Shown here: positions 11,097-20,459 of the stretch, piece by piece
Numbering within the stretch: the first letter of the stretch is position 1
Layout of the letters: each line of letters opens with the position of its first letter
From: Azolla caroliniana
Lineage: Eukaryota; Plantae; Polypodiophyta
Assembly: GCA_043228905.1 (NCBI GenBank)
Contig: JBHGNT010000010.1
Coordinates: forward strand, 1,488,001 to 1,552,000
Direction of reading: 5' to 3'
DNA: 64,000 nucleotides
The notes under the pieces: model-generated
Databases searched by the model: none
Told to the model about the DNA's origin: nothing
What the model saw: the letters and a program-made list of their open reading frames with translations, nothing else
Program-made: the position numbers and the translations under genes

Positions 11097-13005
11097 GACC
11101 AGAGGTGCATGTGGTGCGATGTCGTCGGCCACATGTGGAGCACCGATTTTGCTAAAACACTCAAGAACAATGTTGTGTATCTCCAGAATGGACAGGTGCA
11201 CACATGCGAGATGCGAAGGCCTCTTGAGGTGAACACCGGGACGAGGCGGCATGAAGAGCCTAATGGAGCAACCCGCGGCCCTGAACACCGAGGCCATTCA
11301 CTACTCGATGTCAGTAGGGATCCGGGTAGGCGGAGAGAAGGGCATCGGATCCAGAAGCAATACCGAACTCTGTCCACTTGTGATAGAGGGCCTATTCGGC
11401 GTGAAGCTAAGGAAGGAAGAAGCAGACCGCGCGGAGAAGGGGGTCCAAGAGGGCACTCGATGAGACGATCTGGTAGAAGAGAAAACCGGCTTCATGGAAG
11501 CCGCGTGCCAAAACTATGAGGTTCTGGTAGAATACAAGTGGGCCAAAAAGGCTAGAGGGACTGATCCCTCGAACCGGTATGAGACTCGGAGTGGGCCAAA
11601 GAAGACTGATGGAGGCCCAACCGGCTCACATGAGAAGACGAAGTTGTCGGGCTTTCAGTTGAGCTCGGAGATAGAGAGTGCGACGGACCTGCGAAAGGAC
11701 TTGGAGGAACGAATCCATGACGGTTGGGTGGAGCTCAACCTAAGGGAGGTTCTAGGGATAACAAAGAGGGAATTCCACGATTCCATCGTGAACCTGGTAA
11801 AACAAAGCTGCTTTCGACGGAGCCAGAGCCAGAGAAGCCAGTTGAAGTGAAGGAGGCCCACATCAATGAAATGGCAGTAAAGGAGTTTCCGGACACCACT
11901 ATATGCACCCACATTGGGCCAGAGCGATGACGGAGACCCCAGTCCGGATCGGGGATGTTAAGGAGTTGGTGGTGGCGTTGATCGACCACGGATCGGAAAT
12001 CAATCTGATGTCAATGGATTTCTGTAAAAAGGGGAAGTGGCCAATCAACACGAAGCATGGTTAGAAGATACACACAATAACCCGCGCTACCGAAGAGCTA
12101 CACGAAGCATGCCCGAACATTAGGGTTAAGGTCGGTGATCTCGAAATAGACCAACATTTCTTCATGGAGATCAATGGCGTCATGGAGGCAGTCTCATTCG
12201 ATGACACCCTCGGGGAGATTGAGAAGATAGTCGAGGAGAATTTTAGCGAAAACCTGGTCGTTCCGATAAATTCCATCAAGATGTACGAAGTCATCGCGGA
12301 CTTCAGGAAGATGATCGGGTTAGATTGAACCGCCCGAGTAGACACCAAGTACAAGATTGTGGACTGGAAGGTGAGGCCAGTCGCGACTCACTTCCCGGTG
12401 GACAGTTGGGAACGGATCAAAGGGTTCGTGATGGGCCCAAGTTTACGAGATCCAAACGACACAAGATACCAGTTCACCCACGAGACGTCGTGGGAGCTCA
12501 AGATCGGTGGGTGTAGCTTCCTACTGCCTGCGGAGGAGGACCGGTTTCTAAGGATGCTCGAAAGGCACGGTGAAGCCTTTGCATGCTCGAAAGGGACGGT
12601 AAAGACCCAACGATCGTAGAGCCGATGGTGATCTTCACGGTACTGCACGTACCGTCAAATCTGAAACCGATTCCGGTGCCGAGAGCTCACAATTATCGAA
12701 GTTGATGAAGCTGCTTAGACAGAAGGTCGATATGGGTATCCTCGAACCGTCGAGTGCCTCGTACTCGAATCGGTGGTTTATGGTGCCGAAGAAGAACGAC
12801 ACACTACGCTTTATTGAAGACTTGCAGACGGTCAACAAGGTGACCATGCTCAATGCAGGAGTCAGTTTGACAATCGATGAGTTTGCGGAGGTCTTCGCCG
12901 AAAGGTCTATCTACTCGGTCGACGACTTATACTCGGGGTATGACCATTTCCAGCTAGTCGTGGAGAGTAGAAACATCACTAAGATGCGAACCCCTCTAGG
13001 CCTAG
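11097..13005 (+). pseudogene. Degenerate Gypsy Z continued: gag C-terminus, protease, N-terminal RT; 3'-truncated
   Basis: CMWCDVVGH knuckle remnant, ALIDHGSEINLMS, and KVDMGILEPSSASYSNRWF...DLYSGYD...MRTPLGLV. All are colinear with the intact element at 14811-20415. Confidence 0.87.
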
Positions 13006-13185
13006 TTTGTTCTATGTGGTTTACGAAAGGAGGTGGAGGCCTCTGCTCGCGTAGGAACCCCGTGTGCTCCCATTAAGAGGTCCATCATTCTGCATGTGTG
13101 TGAGTAGAGCTCAAAGGCTCTATCACCGACCATGTCTAGTTGTAATCTTTCCTGCTTTCTTTGTTAATTATTAGTTTGCTGATCA

Positions 13186-13345
13186 ATGGACGAAATAGCA
13201 TCATTCACCATCCAAATGCACCTGGCTAAGAACGACTATTTTAGCATAGCAAAGGAGACGATGCCATTCTCCTTGTGGGAGAGGTTACGGGCCGTATATG
13301 AGAAGAAATTGTCATTGTCGAAACTCATATTGATCAAACAATTGT
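13186..13345 (+). pseudogene. Short gag (UBN2-like) fragment of a different copia family
   Basis: MDEIASFTIQMHLAKNDYFSIAKETMPFSLWERLRAVYEKKLSLSKLILIKQLF fits the plant copia gag pattern (xxAxxxIxLxLxxxv...etxxxlWexLxxxY...lxxqLF) and differs from the X/Y gag. Confidence 0.6.
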
Positions 13346-13947
13346 TCGGGACACAAGGATATACCTGGTTGAAAACCAGATGTTAGCCGGTAACCGAATG
13401 ACACTCGACGAATCAGCTGGATACGAACAAGAAACCAAACCGACCGGAGAAGAAGAAGAAGAAGACATCGAAACCGGACAAGATCCTAAATCAGATGAGG
13501 ATGAGGAACAAACGGAGGAACCGATGGTCAGAAACCAATGACGGAGATATCCTTTCCGAGAGAGAAGAGCCCCCCGAAGATTTCCGAATGTAGAGCATGT
13601 GTTGCTAACCGATGAGGGGGAGCCGGAAATCTTCAAAGAAGCAAAGAGAGACACCCACAGTCACAAGTGGTTGAGTGCCATGCAGGATGAGATGGATTCC
13701 CTACATGAGAACCACACGTATGAACTGACGGAGTTGCCAAAAGGGAAGAGAGTACTCCGGAACAAGTGGGTGTACAAGCTGAAACCGGGATATGCCGGAA
13801 ACCCTCCGAGATACAAAGCCCGAATTGTAGTGAAGGGTTTCAAACAGAAGAAAGGGGTGGATTTCGATGAGATCTTTGCCCCTGTAGTTAAGATGACTTC
13901 CATCCGGACGGTGCTTAGCATAGTGGCAAGTGACGGGAACTCAACGT

Positions 13948-14739
13948 TGTCGAGATATTACGCAAGTGCGTGTGGAAACGAGGCGGGACCGCGGGGGTCC
14001 CGAACCAAAGAGCAAGCGAGGGAGGAGAAAGAGAGAAAACCGGCTACGCAGGACCGGGGATACACAGGGACACGGCCCTTCAGCACGGAGAACGCGAACA
14101 GACACCGACACAGACAGATGCGAATGACTAAATATGTATATTAACAAAATGGCTAACACGACTACAACCCTCGATGGGGCACAGGTTGGCTACAACCGAA
14201 CAGGCCGGCGAACAGATGCCGATGCCTGTTCGCTTCGACGCACAAAGGGGTAGCAGGTCGGAGGTGCTGCCGGAAGCACTCGGGCGTTCCTCGAAACAGC
14301 GCGAGCCTCCTCGGAACCCTGCACAGAAAAGCTATCGAGCTCAAGAAGGAAGGAAACAGAGAGAGAAGCGTCCAGAAACGGTCCGACAGCACTTCGTCCT
14401 CTCTGCGCGAGATCCCTGCAACAGCTCTTTCCTGCTCCTTATATAGGCCGACGAGCAGGCCGTCATGTCAGCTTTATTCCCTGTCCCTTTCGAGCAGGGA
14501 TCCGCTCCGTTCTTCACGCACCCGCGTAGTTACGCCGCCGACTCGTACAGTTCCTTAGCTCGCGCGCGCGACCGAAAAGACTGTTCGCGCGGTCTTTGTC
14601 TCCACTTGTGTTAGGGCCCGTTCCTGCCGATTATCCTCCTAATTCGCTTCTATGTACAACTTGGAGCGTGCGCGCGTGAAGAACCGGTTCCCACGCCTTG
14701 GTGCGCCGATTCCGCCTATGGACGGTTTTCTTCACGACA
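13948..14739 (-). repeat. Gypsy G 3' LTR
   Basis: Direct repeat of 20460-21251. No differences seen by eye, and the ORF-track translations are identical. PPT AGGTGGGGGCGGA is adjacent on minus. Confidence 0.95.
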
Positions 14740-14810
14740 TCCGCCCCCACCTAACCGCGCATCCTCCGGTATGCGCCAAGAGAGTTGGGACGGAGAAAAC
14801 CGGCCCGTCT

Positions 14811-17800
14811 TCATTCCTCGCCCGTCGGTTCTTCCTCGTTTTCGGATCGTTCGTCACTGCTGACTAGGAGAGCCGGGTCTGGCTCGTCGTCGTGTCGCTT
14901 CTTGAACGCTTTGATCCGCTTCCCTGCAACTGGTATCGCCATTCTCGTGCCGTCTAGTTCCGCCAGGTGATATGTCCCGTTGTCATTGGCGCTCCGTACC
15001 ACGTAAGGCCCAAACCACCTTCGTGCGAACTTCCGTGTAGCTCGGTGCTGGTTGTCGAGGCTGCTGTCGTAGACGAGCACCCAGTCACCTTCGTCGATTT
15101 TCTTCGGTCGGAGCCGGTGCGTTCGGTCGAACCTGGCTTTGTTCTTTGTCCTCGCCACCCGGAGCTTCTCCGCAGCCAGCTCCACGTCCTCCGGTCTCCG
15201 CTCGAGCTGTCGTATACGTGCGGCCAACAACTCCTCCCGGCTCATCTCGTCCCTCCAGTCGACCGTTGCCCATGAGGAGATCGTCCGTTCCATCGGCATG
15301 ATCGGCTTCTGGCCGAACATGAGCTCCGTCGGCATGTACCCGGTTACCGAACTGTGCGTGGTCCGGTCTGCCCACAAAGCATAAGGTAGCAGCCGCGGCC
15401 AGTTACCGACTTGGCCTCCGCATGCTCGAACCAGCGCCTTGACGATCGGTCCGTGTCCGCGCTCCACCTTTCCATTCGCCTCCGGATTGTACGCAGTGGT
15501 GAGCGACAGCTTGACTCCCAGCCGGTCGAACAGCTCCGCGGCTTCTTCGGCGTCCAACTCCCCTCGGTCGGCCACGATCTTCCCGACGCACCCGTACCGG
15601 CATATCACGTCCTCGATTAGGAACCGACATACGGCCGCGGTCGTTTTGTTCGGAAGGGCCCGGCCTTCCACCTGGTTCGTCAGATCCTCCCGCGCTAGGA
15701 CCAGGTACCGCATCTGTCCTACCCCCATTGGCATTGTCACCAGATCTACCATCCATTTGAAGTGGATGGTCGGAGGGTACGTAGGGTGAAGCTCGTCCCG
15801 GTGTCGGACCACGGAGTGCATCTGACAGCTCTCGCAAGTTGTCACTAATCGATGCACGTCCCGGTACAGTCCCGGCCACCAGTACTTCTCCTTTATCTTC
15901 TCGAACGTGGCCCAAGTTCCACGGTGTCCGGCCCAAGGGCTGTCGTGGTAGGCCGTCAGCAGCTCCTCCTGTTCTTCCTTCATCGCCACCACCCGGAGCG
16001 GAGCGCCGTCCCTCTTCTTCGGGTGCTTCCATAGATAGCCATCCCGGAGAAAGAACCGGTACGCTTTCTTCCGGATCCGGTTGGCCTCGTCTTTCGTCCA
16101 TGACGCATCCGGCGCCATTGTCCTCAAGAACCCGCCGATCTGCAGCCACTCCCCGTCGTACTTGCTCGCGTCGAAGTCGTTAAGCGCCGGAGTGCTCGTC
16201 CCGCCGGTTGTTACGTATGCTGCCTCGAAGAAGTCCACGCCGACCTCTTCGTCCTCCGAAACCATGCCGCCCTCGTCATCGAATCTCGCCCTTGAAAGCA
16301 TGTCGGCCATGGCGTTGTCTTTCCCGGAAATGTGTCGTATTTCCGGGTCCAGGGACTTGATGTACGCTATCCACCTGAGCATTGCCAGGTCCGGCGTCGC
16401 GCATCCGGAAACCATGCCGAGAATCGGCATGCAATCCGTCTCTATGATTACCTCTGTCCCGATCAGATAGTCCTTGTCGGCCTTCACCGCCGAAACGATA
16501 CCCCAGAGTTCGCGTTTAACCTGGGCGTATCCTCGCTGCCGCTCACTGAGGACCTTCGTGCCGAATCGGATCGGGAACTGATTGCCGTCCTCGTCTTCTT
16601 GGTTGACGACCCACCCGATTCCGGTCGGACTCGTGTCAACCGTTATGTACACTGGGGTGCCCTTCCTGTAGACGGCCTTTCGGAGCGCCGGTGCTGCCGA
16701 AAGAGCCTCCTTCAGCTTCCGGACCGACTCCGTGTGCTTGTCTAGCCATTCGAATCTTCGCCCTTTCTTCAATAATCCGTACAGCGGCTCCGCGACGTGC
16801 GCGTAATGCGGGATCCATATGTGGTAGAAGGCGCATGCTCCCAAGAATCTTCGTACTTCCGTGACCGAGCTGCAATCAGGCTTCATCGCGGAGATGGCTT
16901 CTACCTTTGCCGGAGACGGTTTCCGGCCATATGGTCCACATAAATGTCCGACCACCATGATTTCCGACTGCCCGAAGGCTGACTTCTCCCCCGAGAAGGT
17001 GAGCCTCGCATCCTCTAGCCTTTGCAGCACCTTCTCGCAGTCGTCGATGTGCGTCATCACGAATCGCCGGCATCCGTCCGGCCCGATCGTCTCGTCCTTC
17101 TCTTCTACCGGGCATCCCTTGATCGGGATGTCGTCTAGAAACGGCATGGTGATGTCCGGGATGCAGTCCCTCAGCACCTTGTTCATTGCATTCACCATGT
17201 GGGCCACCGAGTTGGTCCCTCCTTGCGGCAGCGTACACATCCGCACTAGGCCGAGGGGAGTTCGCATCGTCATAATGTCTCTGCTTTCCACGGCTAGCTG
17301 GAACTGGTCGTACCCTGAGTATAGATCACCGACCGAGTAAATCGACCTTCCGGCGAAGGCCTCCGCGAACTCGTCTATGGTCGGTCCGATCCCTGCGTTC
17401 CGAATGGTCACTCTGTTGACCGGCTGCAGGTCCTGAATGAAGCGCAACGATCCGTTTTTCTTTGGTACGGTAAACCATCGGTTTGAATATGGGGCGCTCG
17501 ATGGCTCGAGAATGCCCATATCAACTTTCTGCTTCAACAGCTCCATCAACTTCGGGATGTGAGCTCTCGGAACCGGAATTGGCTTGAGATTCCACGGTAC
17601 ATGCGGTACCGTGAATATCACCATTGGCTCTACGATCGTCGGGTCTACGTACCCGATTTCCTCCGGTGAGAATGCGAAGGCTTTCCCGTGCCTTCCGAGC
17701 ATTCTCCGAAACCGGTCTTCCTCCGCCGGTAGTAGGAACCCGCCCCCACCGATTTTGAGCTCCCGGAGCGTCTCGTTGGTGAAGGTGTGTCCTATACAGG

Positions 17801-17987
17801 CCGGATCTCGTAAGCTAGGGTCCGATGCAACCCCTTTGATTCGCGACTCGCTGCCCTCCGGTAATGGTACCGCGACTGGCCTTACCTTCCGGTCCACGGT
17901 CTTGTACTTGGTGCTTACTCGGGCGGTCCGATCCGACTCGAGCCCCGACCAAAGTCCGCGATGACTTCGTACATTTCTTCGGAACAT
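14811..17987 (-). CDS. pol: Gypsy pol: reverse transcriptase, RNase H, integrase
   Basis: 1058-aa ORF. RT: WFTVPKKNGSLRFIQDL, DLYSGY, LPQG, FLDD. RNaseH: VDTS...ELWG...ETDC. Integrase: H-x6-H...CESC, WMVD/ADRG/KVERG and the GPY motif. The true N-terminus probably comes from a frameshift (see findings). Confidence 0.95.
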   Translation of the reverse strand: MFRRNVRSHRGLWSGLESDRTARVSTKYKTVDRKVRPVAVPLPEGSESRIKGVASDPSLRDPACIGHTFTNETLRELKIGGGGFLLPAEEDRFRRMLGRHGKAFAFSPEEIGYVDPTIVEPMVIFTVPHVPWNLKPIPVPRAHIPKLMELLKQKVDMGILEPSSAPYSNRWFTVPKKNGSLRFIQDLQPVNRVTIRNAGIGPTIDEFAEAFAGRSIYSVGDLYSGYDQFQLAVESRDIMTMRTPLGLVRMCTLPQGGTNSVAHMVNAMNKVLRDCIPDITMPFLDDIPIKGCPVEEKDETIGPDGCRRFVMTHIDDCEKVLQRLEDARLTFSGEKSAFGQSEIMVVGHLCGPYGRKPSPAKVEAISAMKPDCSSVTEVRRFLGACAFYHIWIPHYAHVAEPLYGLLKKGRRFEWLDKHTESVRKLKEALSAAPALRKAVYRKGTPVYITVDTSPTGIGWVVNQEDEDGNQFPIRFGTKVLSERQRGYAQVKRELWGIVSAVKADKDYLIGTEVIIETDCMPILGMVSGCATPDLAMLRWIAYIKSLDPEIRHISGKDNAMADMLSRARFDDEGGMVSEDEEVGVDFFEAAYVTTGGTSTPALNDFDASKYDGEWLQIGGFLRTMAPDASWTKDEANRIRKKAYRFFLRDGYLWKHPKKRDGAPLRVVAMKEEQEELLTAYHDSPWAGHRGTWATFEKIKEKYWWPGLYRDVHRLVTTCESCQMHSVVRHRDELHPTYPPTIHFKWMVDLVTMPMGVGQMRYLVLAREDLTNQVEGRALPNKTTAAVCRFLIEDVICRYGCVGKIVADRGELDAEEAAELFDRLGVKLSLTTAYNPEANGKVERGHGPIVKALVRACGGQVGNWPRLLPYALWADRTTHSSVTGYMPTELMFGQKPIMPMERTISSWATVDWRDEMSREELLAARIRQLERRPEDVELAAEKLRVARTKNKARFDRTHRLRPKKIDEGDWVLVYDSSLDNQHRATRKFARRWFGPYVVRSANDNGTYHLAELDGTRMAIPVAGKRIKAFKKRHDDEPDPALLVSSDERSENEEEPTGEE

Positions 17988-18232
17988 ACCGGTATCGTCC
18001 GGTCTTCGTTAAGGTCTTCTTCGACTACCTTCCCCAGCATTCCCAAGGTGTCGTCGAAGGAGACCGCCTCCACGGCGCCACTGATTTCTTCGTCAGGGCC
18101 GAGAACTCCGCACGCTCGAAGTCTCCCCTCCGTCTTTGTTTTCTCTCGGCCGGCGATGCCGACCATCGTACATGCTCCGCTGTCGGAGAAGCAAAATTTC
18201 CTACCTATTGTACACGGTTTTATCGTACAGAT

Positions 18233-18298
18233 GTGGGGTTTTCCCGGAGCATCCGGACTGTCGCGGCCCCACGCCTTGGCAGTCCTCTCTAAAAATCC
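18233..18298 (-). promoter_or_regulatory. Candidate -1 programmed ribosomal frameshift signal
   Basis: G GAU UUU immediately before the ORF1 stop, then a 6-nt spacer, stem GGACUG/CAGUCC, and loop GUGGGG complementary to downstream CCCCAC. The -1 frame is open. Confidence 0.7.
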
Positions 18299-20415
18299 CC
18301 TCGGTTTTCGGAACCGAGGGAGTCGCGGTTACGTTCGTGGTTCGGCCGTACCGTCAGAAACTGGACCGAATGGCGCCCGTCTTGGCTTTTGACCCTCGCG
18401 TAGGCCGAACCATTGTCCAGCACCTTGGTCTCCATTCGCGCCGCCGTGATGTACGGCTCTCCCAGTATGACCGGATGCGAAGACGTCTCCTGCACGAAGA
18501 AGTGCTGGTCAATCTCGACGTCGCCGATCTTGACTTGCACATTCGGACAGGCCCCGTGCAGTTCCTCGGTGGCGCGCGTTGCTGCCCTTATTTTCCACCC
18601 GTGCTTGGTGTTGATCGGCCATCTGCCCTTCTTATAGAAGTCCATGGACATCAAATTGATCTCCGATCCGTGGTCCACCAAAGCTATCACCGGTTCCTGG
18701 ACATCGCCGATCTTCACCGGGGTTTCCGTGGTCGCTCGGGCCCAGTGTGGTCTCGAATAGTGGCTTTCCGCCCACTCGTCTCCCAGCGCCATGTCGTCTA
18801 GGTGCGTCGTCCGCACTTCCACCGGTCTTTCCGGTTCTGTCTCCGTTGACAGCCTCTTCCGTTTTACCAAGTCCACGATGGAGTCGTGGAACTCCTTCTT
18901 GGCGATTCCCAGCACCTCTCGTAACGACAGCTCCACCTTGCTGTCGAGGATCCGTTCCTCCAGGACCTTTCGTAAGTCCGTGGTCCTTTCTATCTCCGTC
19001 CCCAGACGGTACCCGCCCTTCTGGGGTTTATCTTGCGTACCGGCCCCGCTGGTTTCATCCCGTCGTGGCCCGGACCGGGTCTCGTATCGTTGTGAGGGCC
19101 CGGTCGTCCCGGGTTTCCCCACCCGCTTCTCTTCTACCAGAGCCTCGTAGTTCTGGCAAGCGGCTTCCACGAAGCCCGTCTTTTCCTCGACCGGGTCGCT
19201 CCACCCGGTCATCTCCCGTACCCGTTTCTCCGCACGGTCCGATTCCTCCCTTTTAAGCCTTGCACCGGCAAGGCCTTCCAGCATCGTCGGCCAGAATCCG
19301 GCTTTGCTTTCCCTTCGGGCCTCGCCGCCCCCGACTCGAATGCCGGCCGACGCCGAGTAGTGGACGGTTTCCGCGTGTCGGGCCGCCGCCTCTTCCATCA
19401 ACCTTTTCATACCACCTCGCCCGTCGTTTCGGCTTAGGGCCCTTCGGGTGTCGCTGGCATGCACCCGTCCTTCCCACAGGTACACCACCCTGTTCCTCAG
19501 CGCCTCCGCGAAGTCGCCGCAGTCCTTCCGAATGTGGCCGACTTCATCGCACCACATGCACCTGTTTCCTGCCGCCGGCCGTCGGTCACGAGCCGGTTCG
19601 CCACCTTCCCTTCGGGCTTGCGCGATTTGGAGGTCCTTTATCGCCCTCGTCAATTCCTCCAGCGCCGCTCCTCCGGTTGAGCCTCTGACTACGCCGGTCG
19701 AAGCCGAACCGGTTTCCAACCATTCTCGGGTCTCTTCCTTTCGCACCTGTGGCGCTGGTTCGAGCTCCCTTGCTGCGACCGAGCCCGACCCGGTTGCCCC
19801 GTTATCCGCCCATTCTCGCCGTTTGTCGAAACGGCCACAGACTTTCTTGACAGCCGCCCAGTCGGTAGTGAGCCCGTCTTCGGTTTCCAGCAAGAGGCCC
19901 ACTTGCTCCCGATCCCGCTCGTCGACCGACTTGACAAACAGCAAGACCCGGCTCGTGTCCAGGATGGTTCGGTCGAGCGCCGAAAGGCGCGCAAAGTTTT
20001 CCTCGAACTCCCGGAGGAGTGCCGACGCGTTTCTTCCCTTCCCCGGGGACTCCACCCATTCCATGAACCTTCGCTTCGAAAGCCGGAGCGCGTCGTCCAG
20101 CCCGTATTTCTCTAGGAGCCGACCTTCGAACTCCTCCCAGGTACGGCTCTCCGCCCGCACCTCGAGCACCTCCGCATGGATGCTCGGCATCGCCACTCGG
20201 GGAAATCCGGCAAGACGCCTTTCTTCCGGAATGTCCCGCATCAGCATCTCTGCACCGTAGGACGCCAAATACTTCGTGGCATCCTTCCCATCGAACCGGC
20301 CGATCGTGCCGACGACCGCCTCAATGGCTCTGTCGAGGGCACCGGTGCCCTCGCGCGCGTTTACAATCCGGTCCACGGCCGAAGCCATGGCCTCTGCAAG
20401 ATCCGACCCCCTCAT
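18289..20415 (-). CDS. gag: Gypsy ORF1: Gag with CCHC zinc knuckle fused to aspartic protease
   Basis: Open frame of 717 codons, first ATG at 20415. Contains CMWCDEVGHIRKDC, ALVDHGSEINLM and VILGEPY. Ends GGG GAT TTT TAG. Confidence 0.92.
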   Translation of the reverse strand: MRGSDLAEAMASAVDRIVNAREGTGALDRAIEAVVGTIGRFDGKDATKYLASYGAEMLMRDIPEERRLAGFPRVAMPSIHAEVLEVRAESRTWEEFEGRLLEKYGLDDALRLSKRRFMEWVESPGKGRNASALLREFEENFARLSALDRTILDTSRVLLFVKSVDERDREQVGLLLETEDGLTTDWAAVKKVCGRFDKRREWADNGATGSGSVAARELEPAPQVRKEETREWLETGSASTGVVRGSTGGAALEELTRAIKDLQIAQARREGGEPARDRRPAAGNRCMWCDEVGHIRKDCGDFAEALRNRVVYLWEGRVHASDTRRALSRNDGRGGMKRLMEEAAARHAETVHYSASAGIRVGGGEARRESKAGFWPTMLEGLAGARLKREESDRAEKRVREMTGWSDPVEEKTGFVEAACQNYEALVEEKRVGKPGTTGPSQRYETRSGPRRDETSGAGTQDKPQKGGYRLGTEIERTTDLRKVLEERILDSKVELSLREVLGIAKKEFHDSIVDLVKRKRLSTETEPERPVEVRTTHLDDMALGDEWAESHYSRPHWARATTETPVKIGDVQEPVIALVDHGSEINLMSMDFYKKGRWPINTKHGWKIRAATRATEELHGACPNVQVKIGDVEIDQHFFVQETSSHPVILGEPYITAARMETKVLDNGSAYARVKSQDGRHSVQFLTVRPNHERNRDSLGSENRGDF

Positions 20416-20437
20416 CTTCTGCTCTTCTGCCGCCTCC

Positions 20438-20455
20438 TTCACGTCGGGTTCACCA
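20438..20455 (-). promoter_or_regulatory. Primer binding site complementary to tRNA-Trp 3' end
   Basis: The plus strand reads TTCACGTCGGGTTCACCA, which is the 3'-terminal 18 nt (including CCA) of plant cytosolic tRNA-Trp as I recall it. It lies 4 nt from the 5' LTR. Confidence 0.85.
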
Positions 20456-20459
20456 AAGA

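Noticed and set aside
19448-20260. 270-aa antisense ORF, and other long overlapping ORFs inside Gypsy G and the copia elements
   Set aside because: They mirror the GC-rich sense frames and have no recognisable domain. This is the expected shadow of codon bias.
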